This document shows, one piece after another, positions 28,073 through 41,669 of a stretch of DNA of 64,000 nt (the first letter of the stretch is position 1; each line of letters opens with the position of its first letter). A model generated the notes under the pieces. That model was not told the origin of the DNA and did no database searches. It saw nothing but the letters and a program-made list of their open reading frames with translations. The DNA comes from Eledone cirrhosa (taxonomy: Eukaryota). Made by a program: the position numbers and the translations under genes. The stretch is from contig OZ024745.1 of NCBI GenBank assembly GCA_964016885.1, positions 115,444,001 through 115,508,000 on the forward strand, read 5' to 3'.

Positions 28073-28320
28073 ATATATATTATATATATATATATATTAT
28101 ATATATATATATATTATATATATATATATATTATATATATATATATATTATATATATATATATATTATATATATATATATATATGAAATACCAGTTCATT
28201 TCTCACTGGCGTTATTGTTGATTTTATTCTTTTGTAGAATGGTTTCAGGTAAAATATTTACCTTGAACAAAGCCAAAACAACACAAATAAAAGTAACTAA
28301 ATTCTATAAAACAAAACGTA

Positions 28321-29158
28321 TAATATATTCATATGTCGCTACATGTCTAATAAATTCATATGTGGCTACATGTTTAATATATTCATATGTCGCTACATGT
28401 CTAATAAATTCATATGTGGCTACATGTTTAATATATTCATATGTCGCTACATGTTTAATATATTCAAATGTCGCTACATGTCTAATAAATTCATATGTGG
28501 CTACATGTTTAATATATTCAAATGTCGCTACATGTCTAATAAATTCATATGTGGCTACATGTTTAATATATTCAAATGTCGCTACATGTCTAATAAATTC
28601 ATATGTGGCTACATGTTTAATATATTCATATGTCGCTACATGTCTAATAAATTCATATGTGGCTACATGTTTAATATATTCATATGTCGCTACATGTCTA
28701 ATAAATTCATATGTGGCTACATGTTTAATATATTCATATGTCGCTACATGTTTAATATATTCAAATGTCGCTACATGTCTAATAAATTCATATGTGGCTA
28801 CATGTTTAATATATTCAAATGTCGCTACATGTCTAATAAATTCATATGTGGCTACATGTTTAATATATTCAAATGTCGCTACATGTCTAATAAATTCATA
28901 TGTGGCTACATGTTTAATATATTCATATGTCGCTACATGTCTAATAAATTCATATGTGGCTACATGTTTAATATATTCATATGTCGCTTACATGTATAAT
29001 ATATCCATATGTGGCTACATGTATAATATATTCGTAGATCGCTACATGTTTAATATATTCATATCTCGCTACATGCATAATTTATTCATATGTCGCTACA
29101 TGTATAATATATTCATATATCGCTACATGTAAAATATATTCATATGTCGCTACATGTA
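28321..29158. repeat. 27-bp minisatellite with dimeric and 11-mer higher-order structure
   Basis: Unit TAATA(T/A)ATTCA(T/A)ATGT(C/G)GCTACATGT(C/T). Confidence 0.95.
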
Positions 29159-29374
29159 TTCCTTAAGTTCTTAGATAGTCAAAGTTCTCTGTAGCCCCCC
29201 CCCCCCCACACCACCACCACCACCAACCCCTACTTGCTATATAAAAATAAAAATAAAAATAAAAATAAAAAAAATACAACAAAACTTCCCATCTCAAAAG
29301 TAACAAACACGAAATCAGTATTGATAAATTTGTTCGATACCATGTACTTTAACTATATATATATATATACATAT

Positions 29375-29438
<64 letters not shown>

Positions 29439-29558
29439 TGTTAAACTTTGGGAGGGTCATGTTGCCAATAAGAAACACACGCACCAGTTGCTTCACTTCA
29501 ATTTATTATAAATTAAATTTATAAATTTAGGAATTTACCAGACGATTGTTCATATATT

Positions 29559-29601
29559 GTCAAAGTTCTTTCGTCACACATTATGTGACGTCTTCAGTGA
29601 C
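29559..29601 (-). ncRNA. Type I hammerhead ribozyme (inverted copy)
   Basis: gtca-CTGAAGA-cGTCACAtaatgTGTGAC-GAAA-gaac-TT-tgac. Confidence 0.72.
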
Positions 29602-29735
29602 TGGGATTCTTTTCTTTGTTTTTGTGCCTCTCCTTCGTTCTGTCCTACGCCATCTTGTTTTTGCAAGACACACACAAACAAGATGGCGTAGGACAGAACG
29701 AAGGAGAGGCACACAAACAAAGAAAAGAATCCCCA

Positions 29736-29778
29736 GTCACTGAAGAGGTCACAGAATGTGTGACGAAAGAACTTTGAC
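29736..29778 (+). ncRNA. Type I hammerhead ribozyme
   Basis: gtca-CTGAAGA-gGTCACAgaatgTGTGAC-GAAA-gaac-TT-tgac. Confidence 0.75.
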
Positions 29779-29970
29779 AATATATGAACAATCGTCTGGT
29801 TGTGGAACCAACCAACCAACCGGAAATTTATAAATTTAATTTATAATAAATTGAAGTAAAAGCAACTGGTGCGTGTGTTTCTTATTGGCAACATGACCCT
29901 CCCAAAGTATAACAATATCGGTTTCAACACACGTTTTCAGATAAAGAATCTTGCTAAACAAATTCAGAAA

Positions 29971-30014
<44 letters not shown>

Positions 30015-30077
30015 GTAGGAGGACAAATATTTTTTCAGTAGAAAATGTGTTGAAGAGATTCTTTCAGTATAATATCA

Positions 30078-31754
30078 AACACCCACACCACCACCAGTAC
30101 TAACACCCACACCACTACTAACACCCGCACCACCAACACCACCACTATTAATACCCACACCACCAACACCACTAATAACACCCACACCACCAACACCACC
30201 ATTACTAACATCCACACCACCAACACCACTACTACTAACACCTACACCACTACTACTAACACCTACACCACCAACACCACTACTAACACCTATACCACCA
30301 ACGCCACCACTACTAACAGCCACACCGCCACCAACACCACTACTGACACCCACACCACCACCATCACCACTACTAACACCCACACCGACAACACCAACAC
30401 CACCACTATTAACACCTACACCACAAACACCACCACTACTAACACCTACACCACCACCAGCAACACTACTAACACCCACACCACCAACACCACCACTACT
30501 AAAACACACACCACCAACACCACCAGTACTAACACCCACACCAGCACCACTACTAACACCCACACCACCAGCACCACTACTAACACCTACACCATCAACA
30601 CCACTACTACTAACACCAACACCACCACCACCACTGCTAACACCAACACCACCACCAGCACCACTACTAACACTCACACCACCACCACCACCACTACTAA
30701 CACCAACACCACCACCACCACCACTAACACCTACACCACCACCACCACTACTATCACCTACACCACCACCACCACCTCTACTAACACCCACACCACCAAT
30801 AACACCACTGCTAACACCCACACCAGCTCCACCACCACTACAAACACCACACCACTACCACCACCACGACTAACACCCACACCTCCAACACCACCACTAC
30901 TAATACCCACACCACCAACACCACTACTAACACCATCACCACCACCACCACCACCACCACCACCACCACCACCACCACCACCACCACCACCACCTCTACT
31001 AACACCCACACCACCAACAACACTACTAACACCTACACCACCACCACTACTAACACCTACACCACCACCAGCACCACTACTAACACCTCACTACCAACAC
31101 CACCACTACTAACACCTACACCACCACTACTAACACGCACACCACCACCAGCACCACTACTAACACCTCACTACCAACACCACCACTACTAACACCTACA
31201 CCACCACTACTAACACGCACACCACCACCACTACTAACACCCACACCACCCACACCACTACTAACACCTACACCATCAACACCACCACTACTAACACCCA
31301 CACCACCACCAACACCACTAGTAACACCCACATCACCAACACCACTACTAGCACCTACACCACCACTACCACCACGACTAACACCCACACCACCACCACT
31401 AGTAACACCCACACCACCACCAACACTACTAACACCCACATCCCCACCACCACTACTAACACCTACACCATCAACACCACTACTAACACCTACACCATCA
31501 ACACCACTACTACCACCCACACTACCACCACTACTAACACGTACACCACCAACACCTCTACTAACACCCACACCACCAACACCACTACTAACACCCACAC
31601 CACCACCACCATCACTACTAACACTCACACTACCACCACCACCACCACCACTAACACCTACACTACCACCACCACTACTAAGACCAACACCACTACTACT
31701 AACACCTACACCAACACCACCACTACTAACACCTACACCACCAACACCACCACC
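30078..31754. repeat. Degenerate C/A-rich tandem repeat (ACC)n-ACTACTAACACC
   Basis: Recurring CCACCACTACTAACACC(C/T)ACA units with variable ACC number. Confidence 0.93.
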
Positions 31755-32989
31755 TTATTTAATGAACATATTAAAGATTTGAGAAAGATTAACCCTTTAG
31801 TGTTTAAATTGGCCGTATCCAGCCAGAATTCTTTCACCTCTTTCTGTTCAAACCGGCTGTAACTGGCCACTCATACCTACTTTAATGTATTGTTCTCAAA
31901 ATAAATAACAACAAAATCTCCTAACTTCGATACTATGTGAGATCATTATGTAAGATAAAGCTTTTACCACAAAAATACAATAGTATATATAGAGTAATAT
32001 AAATGCTAAATAAATATAAAATTATTTAAAAACACGATACTTTAAACAATGAAACGACAAATTTGAAGAGACATCTCTATATGGGTTAGGCCGGCTATGG
32101 GCAAACCCACAAGTCTGCCTGTCTGTCACTTGTTTGAGTGACCTTAACAATTTCCTTATCGTTAACCATACTAAAAGAATCCAATGTCTTTTCACGAACA
32201 AATCTATCGTTTGCCTGTTTTGTGTACATTGGCCATTGGTCTCCCTCCTCGTTCAGCACAGCTTCATGTTTAAAGGGTTTCTAGAAGCCCATCTTTGATC
32301 TAGAGGTGGGATCTGTTTCCTAGTTTCATGACGTGGAGTCCTTTTCATGTGTTTTACACACTCTCTGCTTTCCTTCGTCGATCTTATTCTGTCTTTCCAG
32401 CGTCCATCGCCGCAAATGAATAGGATTGTATTGGGTCGCCCTCTTCAGAGACTGGGGTCGAAGCATCTCCTCCTCCATTTGCTGTGCTTGGTCCAGTGTG
32501 GCTATTAGAACAGTTGCTTCCTCTCTTTCTTTCTGCCCTATCTCTCTCTAAATTCTCGAGACAGAAAGTTTCCAAGTAAACTTTGCTGCTGCCGTTGTAA
32601 CAGCCGGGCTTTCTGCCTAGCATCGTTTGTATCATTCCTAAGAAAGATCCAGAATGGCCCTGTAATCGTTAGAACTTGTAGATCCATGCTGGATACATTT
32701 AACCGACTACATTTTGTTTCATGTTTCCTTTCCTGCACATGATCATGAACCTGATTGTCACTCTAGTATTGTCATAGCCCATGTACTGCGATACAAGCTT
32801 ATGACTGGTTATGTATACCACTATTTCTATTTACTATTTTGCTCCATATTCAGTCTCGAAAAGCTGGCAGAAACCATACACCTTGCTCCGTTTGAGGAAC
32901 AAAATTCTGTTTCAGACAAAAGCCAAAGCCTCTTTCAATTCATTTCTTTGTGAGGCACGTTTATTTACGGCAAAATAAATATAATTTGT

Positions 32990-33197
32990 TACATAGACAC
33001 AAAGCCAGACATTTATGCGAGGAAGAATATTTTATTACACCAACCCCAAAGCTTGACTGATATTTAATGTCATTGATCCCGGGAGGATGAAGGGCAAAAT
33101 GGATCGTGGTGGGATTAGAACTCAGAACGTAAAGAGACTTAACTAAAATCGCAAATAAAGTTGTCTGATGATCTAACGATTCTACGAATTCACTTCC
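32990..33197 (-). mobile_element. Degenerate SINE copy
   Basis: gatcccgggaggatgaagggcaaa..gggattagaactcagaacgtaaag. Confidence 0.65.
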
Positions 33198-34427
33198 ATA
33201 TAACTAATATAAAACACCATAGATTGAGAAGACGCTGACCAGCGTTTTTCTTTGAACTCATTTTATTTACATTGAGTTTAATCAGAAGAATATTGTCCAA
33301 AAGCTCAAAAATATGTTACATCGGGTTTAATTTGTCTATATTAATTGTTTATAGTTTTTTGTGTGTTATGTGTTTTATGTGATTATTAATGGTTTTCTCA
33401 CAGAATGTTGAACTGGTCTTTGTCTTAATATGATTTCATTCATATCTCGTATCTCTTGCCCTTTCAATGCTAAAACGGACAACCCACGGTCGATAATTAA
33501 AATATACCAAAATCCATTCAGTCAACTATATTTCTTTCTCTAACAAGGCATAGATTGATTTTTACCGCACTGAAAAAATATATTATTATTAATTATATGA
33601 TTGTGTAATAGAACGGTAAATCTAAACTATAATAAAGGAAGGTCTGCGGGACTGCGTACGGTTTATTTCCTTTAATCCAGTTAGTAAAATATGTTGGATT
33701 AGTTTGAATAAATAATGAATGAATATTACATAATTTATGTCCTAAATTTCGTAAACAAATAATTTTGTAAATATAATTTAAAATTGACTTCTTTTCAAAG
33801 TTGCACTTCCGGTATATCGTCGCCACCACCACTACTTAAACTACCATATATATAGAAAGAGAGAGTGCGTGATGAGAGAGATAGAGAGATTATGATTTTC
33901 TACACGCTGACGCGTATGAGTATATAACTATTAGGGGTATATAATTATAATCGCGCAAACACAAACGTATAAAACATAATTCACACAAATACACATACTT
34001 TCACACAAACATACATACATTCACACATACTTTCACACAAACATACATACATTCACACATATACATTTACACAAACACCCATCATTTACACAAACATACA
34101 TACATTCACACATGTACATTTTCTCAAACACACACATACAGTTATGATAGCGTTCGGTGAAGTGGAAATGGGAGGGTAATACTAGTATAACCTTTTATTT
34201 ATTTATTAACTCTTTTTTTAAAAACTCATTTAATATAATGGCTACAGAACGAAAACATTAACAAATATAATATATACAAAGGAAAGGAAAACTGCCCCAC
34301 GACTCTCTCAGAAATAAGTGGGTGAAGAAGAAGATATTGTCAAGTTACTTTTCAATTTACATATACCTGTATGCAATGTGTGAACGCATATATATTTATG
34401 TCCATGTACATAAATATATGTACACAC

Positions 34428-34468
<41 letters not shown>

Positions 34469-34553
34469 ATATAATTACGCACACACATATATACATACAT
34501 ACATACAATTTTATAATATAAACATAACCATAATTATAATTATATACACAGAC

Positions 34554-34617
<64 letters not shown>

Positions 34618-34899
34618 GTATTTTTGTCTATATGTGTATATAATTATAATTATAATTATAATTATAATTATAATTATGTACACATAATTATAATTATATT
34701 CACATAATTATATACACATAATTATAATTATATACACATAGACAAAAATACATTTACATACATATATATATATATATGTATATGTATTTTTGTCTATATG
34801 TGTATATAATTATAATTATGGTTATGTTTATATTATAAAATTGTATGTATGTATGTATATATGTGTGTGCGTGATTATGTATATATACGAGTATTTTTA

Positions 34900-34942
<43 letters not shown>

Positions 34943-34983
34943 CTGTCTTTCTCTCTCTATATATATATATGCGTATGTGGTAC

Positions 34984-35031
<48 letters not shown>

Positions 35032-35201
35032 TATATATTTATTATATTTTCCCCCCTTTCGTTGTCAACCCGTCCCTTTATGTCTTTTTTATATTTTTAT
35101 TTTATTTTATTTTATTTATTTCCATATCTGTTCCCCTAGATACTTTCCCGGTTAGATTTTATGCATGTGTGTGTGCAGTGTTTTGTATGTGTGTGTATGT
35201 T

Positions 35202-35300
<99 letters not shown>

Positions 35301-35534
35301 ATATATTTATATAAATATAAATTCAATAAGAATCGCATTTCGGCGAGTAGAAAAAGCGAAACGTAACGCAAATTCAGAGTCATGCTGGCAAACGCTCCAT
35401 AGTTTAAAAAAACCAGAGCTATAAACATATGTTATAAACCCCATACAAACTGAGAAGATGGTCAAGAAGGCATTACCCACCTAAGCCAAAAAACAAGTCA
35501 AGCTAAACAGGCCAGACAAAATAAATGATAAAAT

Positions 35535-35571
<37 letters not shown>

Positions 35572-36152
35572 GCATATATATATAACAAACCTGGACCCAT
35601 TGGAATTGATGTTAAAATCCAAATACAGGGTTTCTATGACACCTAAATCAATAATAGTGTCTGCTGAAAACCATAAGCTTTTGGTATAATGATCGAACAA
35701 GGAATATCACGTTATCAACAGGTATTTTGTTCTGCGCCAATGTTGTGAATGACGTAGTATTTTGTAAAAGCACATGTGTAACTCACAGGGGAAATACCCC
35801 AGATTTTGGCAAATGAATTCATTATTTTGTAAATCATGCAAAAAATTGCATAAATAGCACAAAGCGAATAAGCACTCAACCAGGTAGTTTTTAAAATAAA
35901 CTTATGCAATTAATCTGTCAATAGAATTATTAACAGGTTAATTGTAAGACTCGGGAGATTAATATAAATATAAATTCAGCGATAATCACATTTCGGCGGG
36001 TAGAAAAAGCGAAACGTAACGCAAATTCAGAGTCATGCTGGCAAGCGCTCCATAGTTTAAAAAACCAGAGCTATAAACATATGTTAGATATATATATATC
36101 TAACATATGTTTATATATATCTAGCATATGTTTATATATTTATCTAACATAT

Positions 36153-36193
<41 letters not shown>

Positions 36194-36235
36194 ATGATAT
36201 TAAATAAATGGAAACTATATTTATAAAACCATATT

Positions 36236-36300
36236 TATTTTATTATTTATATTTCAAGGGCAACCAAGACAACATTGGTGCGCTTTCATCAGATAAAATA
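36236..36300 (-). ncRNA. Type I hammerhead ribozyme with long stem II, next to (TA)n
   Basis: tattttat-CTGATGA-aagcgcaccaa tgttgtc ttggttgccctt-GAAA-tataaa-TA-ataaaata; perfect 8-bp stem I. Confidence 0.75.
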
Positions 36301-36693
36301 CAAACTTTGTTTTATAAATAGAGACGTACCCATGAAAATCATACCTTATCGGTTGGAAATTCACTGGATAGTGGAAACATATTAGGGATTATTCAAACTT
36401 GTGTGAATATGCAAATGGATGTGTAAATAATTGAAAAAAACAACCGTTTATTTAAATGACACTGGAGAAAGATAGGGAAGAAAGAGAGAGAGAAAAAAGA
36501 GGGAGAGAAAAGATATTAATATTACGAGATAGATAGAGAGAAGAAATTTACAAGAGGGTGAATAGAACACATGTAACGTAAATATTTATTTAATATCATG
36601 GAATATTTACTCCAGTAAACTGTTGAGTGCTCTAAATCAGTTATAAAAAATGTTTACGTTTGTCGGACTTCCAACAAATTAAATACAACTTCT

Positions 36694-36729
<36 letters not shown>

Positions 36730-37938
36730 TATTTATTTAATTTATTTTTTTAAATTTGTGTATGTATGGAGAGATGTGTGTATTTATACGTCAATATTGA
36801 GTACATGTGTGTTTGCGTGCCTGTGTGTGCGCATATGTGAGCAAAAGATCGCATGTATATGGGTGTATTTACATTTCCATGTAGACGCATATATACTTAT
36901 GTGTGAATGTATGTTTACCTACTATTACGTATATGCGTGAGTTTGTGTATGTTTATGTATTTGGATATTTATATATTTTTTCCACTAAATTTATGCCCGT
37001 TATTTTATTTCCGCATCACTTTCATTTATCCTAAACTCTGTTTTCAAATCCATATCCCATTCAATAATAAACTTATTCTGATAAATGAAGACAGGCATAA
37101 GTATCAATCTCTTCAAGAAACCATTGGTAAATGAATTAATTATCTTATGTTGTTTATTACATAACTATAACTATATGCATATATATTTGCGTATAATACC
37201 AATATGCACACTACATATGCTAGCAGAAAACCGCAACAAGGGCGGTTTTTCTGCTAGTATTTCTATAATTAGATATAATTAGAAGTGCTGTAAACCTCAC
37301 ATCCAACTCTTTTCTCATGCGAGTGCTTTCAAGCATCACTTAGCTATGACCACTCAGATAAGGGACACAAAAGGTAAATGACAAAGTTTCATGGTTTAAA
37401 AAAGATGGCAGTGGGGTGGGTGGTCAAAATTAGAGCGTTTTTGATCAGGTAGACGCCTGGAAAACAAGAAATAAAAAATATTTACAACTGTAACAAATTA
37501 GCAAGACAGATCCAAACAGGAATCTGGAGAATTTCATTAGCGGACACTTAGTATACTTGTACATAATCAAACATAGCAAACTAAAAGTCATAAGGATATA
37601 AACATTTCAAGACCGTTTTATTTTGCCTCTTTCAAGAGGAAGTTCAAATCCTAATTCTTAGATGAAAGACATTAACTCGACTATTATTGGTTGGTACTGA
37701 TTTGATTTAACGTATTATGACCTTAATAAGATGTAATTTTGAGGATAATTCTGTAACACGATTGGATTGGAAACTGTTAACAGATGAGTATGTGCATAGA
37801 TATGTGAAATCTTCAGTTTGTGTGTGAGTGTCTGTCTTTCTGAGTGTGTATGTGTATATGTGTTTGTGTGTTTGTGCGCGTGTCCTTCTCTTCGTGTTTG
37901 TGTTCTCTGTATTTCTGTACGTAACTAAGTGTATCTAA

Positions 37939-38226
37939 GGGTGACGAATTGGTAGAGTCATTAGAACGTCGGACAAAACGCAATGCAATATTCATTCTGA
38001 CTCTCTACTCTCTGAGTTCAAATCCTGCTACGGTCAACCTAGCCTTTCATTAACGTTGATGAAAAATTACCAGTCTAGTCGATTCTTCCTCTATATCTCT
38101 TTCTCACTTCTTTTATCTCATTCTCTATTCTTCTTTGGAAGGAATCTGCTGTATTCAGATTCAGACTTGGAGAGGTTATGGGCTCTGCTAGCTTTTAAAA
38201 TGTTCTAGAAACGCCGTGTGTCAATA
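37939..38226 (+). mobile_element. tRNA-derived SINE, second subfamily
   Basis: A box ttggtagagtcatt-like, B box gagttcaaatcc, tail shared with 4176-4415. Confidence 0.65.
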
Positions 38227-38811
38227 TGGTGGAGCGGAGTTTCGGTTGCGTCCCGTGGACAAAATTAAAAAGGTATTTCCTCGGACAATGAACATCGACA
38301 CTCGCTTCAACAGCCATCCCACCTAGCGGGGCTCCTTCCTCAGACGGGCTGCTGTCGTTCCGATATTTACTTCGAGACACTCTCATTTTGATAAGTACGA
38401 TGGCTTCTATTTTATGGTGACAAAGGAAAAAAATTATAGATGTCCGGAAGTTTATCCAGGAATTTTTACCGGAATCAAAATCATATTAATAAATGATTAA
38501 TATTATTATCAAGGATTGTCATAAACTGAAAAAATAACCGAGGTTGTCTCTTGTATTTCCCAAAATTATGAAAATATTACTTAATGGCTAATGTGTATTT
38601 TTTTCCACACTATAAATATTTCCAGATATATTTTTGGTGCTCTCTGTTTCAAGTACGCTCACATTGAATAAGCTAATTCTTAAGTATCAGAGTTTATCTG
38701 GTTGTAAATTGGTACCTTCGTAGTGCAGCTATATTATATATAGAAGACTAGTATTGGATTCTTCTACCACATAACAGATTATGTAATATATATATATATA
38801 TATATATATAT

Positions 38812-39416
<605 letters not shown>

Positions 39417-39512
39417 CGTCATTATAAGAATATTGATATATTAATGCGCATTTCATTTTTAACATAAAAATGAAATGCGCATTAATATATAAATACTATG
39501 CTTATAATGACG
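39417..39512. repeat. Short fold-back hairpin adjoining (TA)n, containing an HHR 3' half
   Basis: Arms meet at ttttta-aca-taaaaa; GAAA-TGCGCA-TT as in the 47397-47467 HHR. Confidence 0.7.
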
Positions 39513-39815
39513 AACTTTGCCAGCAGGTCATGAATCAAAATCTTTGCTGGGTTTTCATAGAGTATCTGGTTACATCTATAATTTCATATACGAATAAAGC
39601 ATTGTGAGACTGGCAGCTTAACTAGGAAGAGGATTATTTCTCATCCGTTTCTCATGCCACACGTAAATATTATTTTATTAATTATGCATACTTATAAGGG
39701 CCATGTGAATTAACAGAGAGAGATAGAGAGAGAGAGGGGGGGGAGAAGAGAGATTGAGAGAGAGAGATAGTTCGGAAACTCATCCTACTCGCGCATTTGC
39801 AAATTTGTGATTATT

Positions 39816-40196
39816 GTGGATTGGCAGTATCGGTAGAGGGTTGGACGCCATGATTTGAAGCATAGAGTTACCTCCCTGTATGATCTGAGTTCAAATCCCG
39901 CCGAGGTTAACTTTGCCTTTCATCCTTACGGGGTCGATAAAATAAAGTACCAGTAATGCACTGCGTAATTGCTGGCCTTGTTCCAAAAAGTAGAAACAAT
40001 TATTATATTTGATTGGCAGTATCGGTAGAGGGTCGGACGCCATGGTTTGACGTATAGAGTTACGGCCCTTGCCATGCTGAGTTCACATCCCGCCGAGGTT
40101 AACGCTGCTTTTCATCCTTACGGAGTCGATAAAATAAAGTACCACTAATGTACTGGGTAATTGCTGGCCTTGTGCCAAACGTAGAAACAATTATTA
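39816..40196 (+). mobile_element. Two tandem SINE copies
   Basis: Each has tggcagtatcggtagaggg, gagttca(a/c)atcccgccgagg, core domain and gtagaaacaattatt tail. Confidence 0.9.
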
Positions 40197-40303
40197 TATT
40201 TTAAGTATGTGTGTATATCTCCCCGTCTTCACTCTTTCTCTGTCCTTCTCCTCTCCTCCGCCCTCTCTCTCTTTCTCTCTTTCTCTCTCTATATATATAT
40301 ATT

Positions 40304-40374
<71 letters not shown>

Positions 40375-40689
40375 CTGTGTCTCTGTGTCATTCTCTCTCA
40401 CTCTCTCCCCCTCTCTCTCCTCTTTCTCACCCTCAACATGTTTACACCACTTTATCAATATTGTTACACAATTGTCCTATTTGCTGTCACGACATATTTT
40501 CAACTAGATTTATTACATTCTTCCGCTGAGTTTTTTTTTAAATTCTACTTTTGCCAAGATCACGTCTATATTTTGAATTATATCCCTATGTTCATTAGAG
40601 AATGGACAGTAGTATTTCTAAATGTCATCGCTCATAATTTATGGCATGATGCTTACAAATTTATAATTATTGTTATTAATATTATTTCA

Positions 40690-40957
40690 TTTGAAAAAAA
40701 AAATCAGGGTGGAGAAGGAAGTGGTCCCTTCCCGGCAATTTGTTGGAAGGTGGGTGAGAGAGGCAAACATGGCCCGGGTGAATGGGCCTGCTCTGAGTAT
40801 GCACCTGTAGATTGGATGTGGAAAACTGGGAGAGGGCACTTGCCCTGGTGGTCAGGGTCACCGTGGCTTTTTTAATCGGCTTTCTCCACGAGTTTCAGAA
40901 TATCCCGTTAAGGGTGAAAGAAGCGATACTTTGCTTAAATTTTAATCTGTTCTTATA
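40690..40957 (+). mobile_element. Tx1-like LINE 3' fragment
   Basis: KIRVEKEVVPSRQFVGRWVREANMARVNGPALSMHL stop, homologous to 11790-11905. Confidence 0.6.
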
Positions 40958-41094
<137 letters not shown>

Positions 41095-41669
41095 CATATA
41101 CATGCGTATATACAAACATATATACATACATATATATGTATGCGCGGGACATGGAAATACTCGATAATTAATGTGCCCGAACACGTGGCTAGCCGACCAC
41201 GAGTGAAAGATGCCTAGTTCTTGTTAGAAGGAAAACTCTGATGTAAAAACCTACGACACGATTGTAGCCAATGATGTTGACCTGTTCTTCTTTTTGGATA
41301 ACTGTCACCGTTGTTCAGAAAGTGGGATTGGTTCAGTGCAAGTCCTTTCCTCACTTAAAAAAGATCACTTGATCTAAACGACTTAAAGGTGTGCTGCATG
41401 AGCATGTCTTTTTCTTTTTTCTTTCGCTGCAGCATATGTAGAAATGAAACAAGATTTTGAATATTTGTTAAAAAGTCATGTTCGTGCCACCTATGTATGG
41501 ATAAAGGTCAAAGGATGACAATTCTCTAAACTGAGATACAGTCATTATATATGTATGTTCTTCTGGTTTTATAATTTCACAAATTTTTTTCCCAATAGAG
41601 AGAGAGTCGGTTTCTAACATAGACACAAGACTCTCTCATTGGAATTTACACAACATCAACTAGATAGAT

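Larger units (their letters stand above)
29435..29973 (+). mobile_element. Fold-back PLE pLTR cassette (about 225-bp arms plus unique tail) between (TA)n arrays
   Basis: Arms about 29435-29660 and 29676-29918, tail 29919-29973; HHR in each arm. Confidence 0.82.

Noticed and set aside
28215-29132. 305-aa repetitive ORF (IYSYVATCL)n
   Set aside because: Product of a 27-bp minisatellite with no splice or domain evidence.
30075-31628. Gly/Val/Ser-rich structural-protein-like ORFs
   Set aside because: Low-complexity ACC repeat with frame breaks; no signal peptide or exon boundaries seen.
31789-31930. TTAA-CCCTTTAG piggyBac-like terminus
   Set aside because: No matching second terminus found.
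39816-39905. tRNA gene
   Set aside because: A and B boxes belong to a SINE head; no cloverleaf, followed by SINE core and tail.
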